Shown here piece after piece: positions 59,914 through 64,000 of a stretch of 64,000 nt of DNA. This DNA comes from a virus (Duplodnaviria; Caudoviricetes): positions 1-64,000 of the IMG/VR virus record IMGVR_UViG_3300046839_000055. One strand, 5' to 3'. Below the pieces are notes generated by a model. That model was not told the DNA's origin and did not search any database. It saw nothing but the letters and a program-made list of their open reading frames with translations. A program made the position numbers and the translations under genes. Each line of letters opens with the position of its first letter. Within the stretch, counting starts at the first letter, position 1.

Positions 59914-61278
59914 CTATTCAAAGACAACTATGTAATCCGCAGTCATATCATCAAATGTTGTATCGACCGAAGCAATTACCTCATTTAGTTCTTCATACAA
60001 AATGCCGCGCACATATGCATCTCTGGCATTTGGCTTGTCAAGCAGCACCCATTTCAACTGTTGATATGAATATTTTGCGAAGGCAATCCACTGCGGATAG
60101 TTAATTGCCATCGGATTCTGCGTAAAATAAACCTTCCCGGCATTAACAGCTGTTGCAGCCGAGTGGCCTATAAACAGCATTGTTGCGAGCTTGGGATGCT
60201 TTTCGCGGTTCAGGGAAAATGGAATTGACTCTTTTACAGAATGTCCTTCCTTAATGCGCTTGAAGGCATATCCAATCCGGGTTACTACTTCTACAATCAT
60301 TACCGGAATCGAAAGCGTGCAGAAATGTATAAAGTCATACCCCTCGTAATACATGCCCTGCACGATTTCCGCTATGGTCTGTTCGTACTCACCGATTTTC
60401 CCAAATTGCAGAAGATTAAACAGTGCCATCATAGGAGCCGGTAGTCCCATTGATGTCGTGATATCCGATTTGAAATGTATGATCTGCTTGGCTATAGCTG
60501 CAAAAACATCTGTCTCCTTGCGGTCAGCATAATTCTCCATAACCTGAACTACAATCTTTCCGGTTTTATCAATGGTGGTCATTCTCCCAGTAAGAATATC
60601 TGCCACACCAAAAATCAATCCAAGCAATGGATCGTGACCAAGAGAAAGCAGGCGATGGTAATATGCAGAAAGCCCGTCAACATACTGCGTAGTGTTCCGG
60701 TTATCCTGAGCGTCGTATGGAACCTTGCTGACCTTCGAGTTTGCCAACTTCTCCATTTCCTCTTCAGGAAATTTCTTATCGAACCAGTCTCTTACATAGT
60801 TGGCCAGTGTCCCACCTTTTAACCCATCTGGAGTTTTCTGCGGAATGCCTACCAACAAAACATCAACAGCCGCTCCAAGCAGACCAGCTGCAACACTGAT
60901 TGCAATGTCATATTTGTCCAGATGGTGCAACTGATTATACTCAGCATTTAGCATCCGGATTTCTTGGCTGTTGCGCTTCAGCTCTGCTTCTGTAAAAATT
61001 GATTCAAGCGGATGCCCCGTGCCTACAGAGTTTTCCGCTTCAAGGCATAGTTGCTCCCAAGAAGGTACCACCATTACCTTTTTTACTACATCGTGCTTTG
61101 GTACCGTCGGCATTTCTGTATACCCCAACATACGGAGCAAGTCTTCACTTTCCTGAATCCTTTTATCAAGCTCGGTCGTTGAAGGCATAGTAGCCTTAAT
61201 CTTCTTAAGCTCCTCATCTTGGTATTTTAGAACATCATTTATCTGTTGTTCAGTTTCAGAATACTTGTATTTACTCAT
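59914..61278 (-). CDS. Uncharacterised protein with coiled coil and several hydrophobic segments
   Basis: About 454 aa; IAISVAAGLLGAAVDVLLVG; YHRLLSLGHDPLLGLIFG. Confidence 0.8.
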   Translation of the reverse strand: MSKYKYSETEQQINDVLKYQDEELKKIKATMPSTTELDKRIQESEDLLRMLGYTEMPTVPKHDVVKKVMVVPSWEQLCLEAENSVGTGHPLESIFTEAELKRNSQEIRMLNAEYNQLHHLDKYDIAISVAAGLLGAAVDVLLVGIPQKTPDGLKGGTLANYVRDWFDKKFPEEEMEKLANSKVSKVPYDAQDNRNTTQYVDGLSAYYHRLLSLGHDPLLGLIFGVADILTGRMTTIDKTGKIVVQVMENYADRKETDVFAAIAKQIIHFKSDITTSMGLPAPMMALFNLLQFGKIGEYEQTIAEIVQGMYYEGYDFIHFCTLSIPVMIVEVVTRIGYAFKRIKEGHSVKESIPFSLNREKHPKLATMLFIGHSAATAVNAGKVYFTQNPMAINYPQWIAFAKYSYQQLKWVLLDKPNARDAYVRGILYEELNEVIASVDTTFDDMTADYIVVFE

Positions 61279-61669
61279 CGTCAGCCTTCTTTTTTTCAAG
61301 CTCTGCGATCTGATTCTTCAGTTCCTGAATCTCTGATTGCAAGCCGCTCATCTCTTTCTTTAATCTGGAATCATAAGCAAGAAGCCGATCTTGTCTTTCT
61401 TTGTCCATCTCAGCCTTGGCATCCAGTTCCTTTATAACAGCATTGTGTTTTGCAAGAGCCTTTTTATAAAGCTCCTCCTTTTCCTCAGCCTGCTTTTGGT
61501 ATTTTCTGATTAAAAAGAATGCACTTATTGTCGCAGGCAATCCAGTCAAAACGCCTATCTGAAAGTTCCGATCTTTCACGACATCAACGACTGCTTTCCC
61601 CGCCTTTACCAAACCGTCACCAGCCTTATCAAGCATGGGTGCCAGCTTATTTAAATTGAATTTGCTCAC
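61271..61669 (-). CDS. TM + coiled-coil protein
   Basis: IGVLTGLPATISAFFLI then EKEELYKKALAKH... Confidence 0.8.
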   Translation of the reverse strand: MSKFNLNKLAPMLDKAGDGLVKAGKAVVDVVKDRNFQIGVLTGLPATISAFFLIRKYQKQAEEKEELYKKALAKHNAVIKELDAKAEMDKERQDRLLAYDSRLKKEMSGLQSEIQELKNQIAELEKKKADDE

Positions 61670-61683
61670 CGCTTCTCCTCACT

Positions 61684-62271
61684 TTATGCAACTCCTAAAT
61701 CATGTTGCAAATCCTTGATAGCCTGCTGTAACAGAATATTGAGACTCTGCAGATAATCCATTCGTTCCTTGTCTGCATCAGCTTCTGATTTCATAGCCTT
61801 AATAATAGCCTCGTGTTTTTTCAGCGCCTCTTTGTATAAACGCTCTTTTTCCTGTCTAAGCTGTTTATTCTTCAGATGAGAGGCAACACCAACGCCTGCA
61901 GCAGCGAGACCGGCTACCGGAGCAGCGAGCACAAATACGCCAGCAACCATACCACCTCCGACAAGGGCTCCTGCCGTAGCCAAACCGGACGTAATACCTG
62001 CTGCTGAGAGTCCAACAACTCCGAGCCCATAAAGCGCTGCAAAGGAACCCACTCCACCAATACCAGCACCCAGCGCACCGGCCAGCACTTCTGGAATAGC
62101 ACTTTCTCTTATAGTGCGATTCTTATCATTTAGTGCCTCCGCAGCCTCATTCACAACATTAACGACAGACTGCATAGATTCAACACTCTGAAAGTTCATG
62201 TCCTTTTTCTTTTTGACATAGGTATCCTTTTTCTTGGATATATCCTTTTTGCTTTCACTCATGGTGTTCAC
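61684..62271 (-). CDS. Glycine-zipper membrane + coiled-coil protein
   Basis: About 70-aa Gly/Ala-rich hydrophobic tract then EKERLYKEALKKH... Confidence 0.8.
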   Translation of the reverse strand: MNTMSESKKDISKKKDTYVKKKKDMNFQSVESMQSVVNVVNEAAEALNDKNRTIRESAIPEVLAGALGAGIGGVGSFAALYGLGVVGLSAAGITSGLATAGALVGGGMVAGVFVLAAPVAGLAAAGVGVASHLKNKQLRQEKERLYKEALKKHEAIIKAMKSEADADKERMDYLQSLNILLQQAIKDLQHDLGVA

Positions 62272-62456
62272 CTTCCATTTTCCTTCTGAAGTATCCTCGG
62301 CAAAGTCTCCAGAAAATGTTTTCCTATTTTCTCGGCATCATAATCGTAAGCCTCACAGATAAACCGAAGCCCATCCGGCGTGAGAATCCGACCGTTATTT
62401 CTATCTTTACACAGCTGCTCATAATCTGCCAGCTGCTTCTTTGTTATTGTCGGCAT
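62268..62456 (-). CDS. Small hypothetical protein, first gene of the operon
   Basis: AGAGGT RBS; overlaps next gene. Confidence 0.65.
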   Translation of the reverse strand: MPTITKKQLADYEQLCKDRNNGRILTPDGLRFICEAYDYDAEKIGKHFLETLPRILQKENGR

Positions 62457-62523
62457 ACCTGTACCTCTTCTTTATACAAAACGCGCCGGTCTCATCTTCG
62501 ACCGACACATATACATTCAAAAA

Positions 62524-62602
62524 CGAAACCCCTGGCCTAAAGCGAAACCCCTAAGTCAAAACCGAAACCCTTACGGTCAGGCAACCTTAAATTGTATTAA
62601 AT
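62524..62602. repeat. Three CGAAACCC(C/T)T repeats, candidate attachment-site arm
   Basis: Copies at 62524, 62543, 62563, then AAATTGTATTAAAT; related sequence at 822-864. Confidence 0.5.
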
Positions 62603-62758
62603 ACGGCGTCTTAATTTCATATTTATGAGCTGCGCCTGAATCAATGTCGGAATCAATTTGTTCAATGCCACATGATGTCGGTCAGAAATCTTCTGCAGAT
62701 CCACAAGAAGACTTTCCTCAAGATCAATAGCAACCTGCTTTGTAGGCTCTTTTTCCAT
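62597..62758 (-). CDS. Small ribbon-helix-helix-like protein
   Basis: KQVAIDLEESLLVDLQKIS...LNKLIPTLI; GGAGG upstream. Confidence 0.5.
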   Translation of the reverse strand: MEKEPTKQVAIDLEESLLVDLQKISDRHHVALNKLIPTLIQAQLINMKLRRRI

Positions 62759-62782
62759 ATTCTCTACACTACACCTCCCCAT

Positions 62783-64000
62783 TCATTTTATTTGTTTCCT
62801 GTCTTTGCTTTCAACGTTCTCTCCCTGCTCTTTGAGGATCATCTCCGCATTTCTTCTCGCATTGGCAAGATCTCTCATCCTCTCTCGAGCCGTGCGGTAC
62901 TGGGCATACTCCGCATTCTTTTCCTTGGCAAGACGGCTGAACTCCTCATTCAGCTCCGCAACTCTTGGAATCTTCTTAAGTCCCAGCTGATCAAAGGCAT
63001 CCTTCGCTGCTTTGTGCAGTGTGATTTCTTCCCGATGGACTTCAAAGAAATTCCTGCTGTACCTTGCCTTCCGGTATGCCGTGTAGATGTCGCGTGTCTT
63101 GCTGTAGTTGATGATATGCATTCGCAGCTCCCGGATCTCCTGCATCCGTTCCTCTTTTTGTTTGATGTCGGAAAGCAGATGATCCGTCTGCGCTGCCGCT
63201 TCCTTTGCAAGCCGCTCCAGTTGCTCATAATCGTGGATACCGTTCTCCTGCAGAAACAGCAGAACTTTTGCCATCTGCTTCAAGTTAAAGACCTTTGCCC
63301 AGCGCTGATAACCAGCTCCCTTGCCCTGCTGAATCTTTTCCTGCAGATCAATCAACAGGTCGATTTTCTGGCGTTTGCCGGGTGTATGCTGCACAGAAGT
63401 TCCCTTCTGTGCGTTCTCCAAGATCTGTATCAGATCCTGTGTCCGGAAGCCCACATGCAGCGAATCAAGGCGGATAAATCGTTTCTGTGCTCTGCCCTTA
63501 ACAGCGATGTGTTTTCCGCGTTTGATCTCGTATCCTTCCTGACGGAGCAAGTCCAGAAATGTCTCCAGGTCTTTCGGTTTCTTTTTCAGGACTTCCGTGA
63601 TCACGGCTTCTAATTCACTGCGGATCGTATGCCGCTTGGGATAGACTGTTCTCTTGTTTCGCTCTGCATAGGGCTTTCTTTGAATGATGCTGTAACCATG
63701 TTCGAAGCAGAGGATATCCGAAAGTCGCTGCAGTGCGATGCCGGAGAAAAAGAAGTTCTTGAACTTATGGGTATGATCAAGATCGATGGAATTGAAGATG
63801 ATATGATTATGGATATGTGTCTTGTCGGTATGCGTTGAGACTGTGAATGCATGTCGTCCTTTGGTAAAACGCATGGCAAGTTCATAGCCTATTTTGTTGG
63901 CATCCTCCGGCGTGATCTCGCCGGGTTTGAAGGACTGCCGGATCTGATATGCGATGATATCCCCCCTGTACTCTCTGCCGGTGATCTCCTGATACTGCCG
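62783..64000 (-). CDS. Relaxase (MobA/VirD2-type), 5' end outside the window
   Basis: Frame stays open to the window edge: AYQIRQSFKPGE...HTDKTHIHNHIIFN HUH motif. Confidence 0.93.
   Translation of the reverse strand, partial: RQYQEITGREYRGDIIAYQIRQSFKPGEITPEDANKIGYELAMRFTKGRHAFTVSTHTDKTHIHNHIIFNSIDLDHTHKFKNFFFSGIALQRLSDILCFEHGYSIIQRKPYAERNKRTVYPKRHTIRSELEAVITEVLKKKPKDLETFLDLLRQEGYEIKRGKHIAVKGRAQKRFIRLDSLHVGFRTQDLIQILENAQKGTSVQHTPGKRQKIDLLIDLQEKIQQGKGAGYQRWAKVFNLKQMAKVLLFLQENGIHDYEQLERLAKEAAAQTDHLLSDIKQKEERMQEIRELRMHIINYSKTRDIYTAYRKARYSRNFFEVHREEITLHKAAKDAFDQLGLKKIPRVAELNEEFSRLAKEKNAEYAQYRTARERMRDLANARRNAEMILKEQGENVESKDRKQIK

Noticed and set aside
62672-63613. 313-aa plus-strand ORF
   Set aside because: Antisense shadow of the relaxase

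Overview
Bacillota (Clostridia-like) accessory region made almost entirely of mobile DNA. Core: an HK97-type siphovirus prophage (about 15.5-56.1 kb). It runs from a sigma-70 region-4 regulator through replication (Gp157, AAA_24, SSB, helicase, primase-helicase, RusA), packaging, head, tail and lysis genes to two tandem large serine recombinases. Two nested elements interrupt it: a three-tyrosine-recombinase RIT element (27061-30538, 32-bp perfect terminal inverted repeats) and a DUF6431/DDE/ExeA-ATPase transposon (38122-41409, 6-bp target duplication) that splits the tail-terminator gene. Left arm (1-15.1 kb, minus strand): a defence cluster with an ABC-three-component/Lamassu system, a restriction-modification locus with a split methyltransferase, a GmrSD-type enzyme and a UDG-like gene. 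Right arm (56.1-62.6 kb): an operon of uncharacterised membrane/coiled-coil genes, followed by a relaxase that runs off the window. Most striking: the last gene of that operon is interrupted by a 3227-bp circularly permuted marR-MATE cassette. Its two ends are the two halves of one sigma-factor gene, joined to the target at a shared AT dinucleotide, so precise excision would rebuild both genes. Also notable: no recognisable CI repressor, but a leader with mutually exclusive terminator/antiterminator and RBS-sequestering stems precedes the phage sigma gene, and one promoter-like motif is shared by the replication and recombinase operons. All family names come from motif recognition by eye; no database searches were run.
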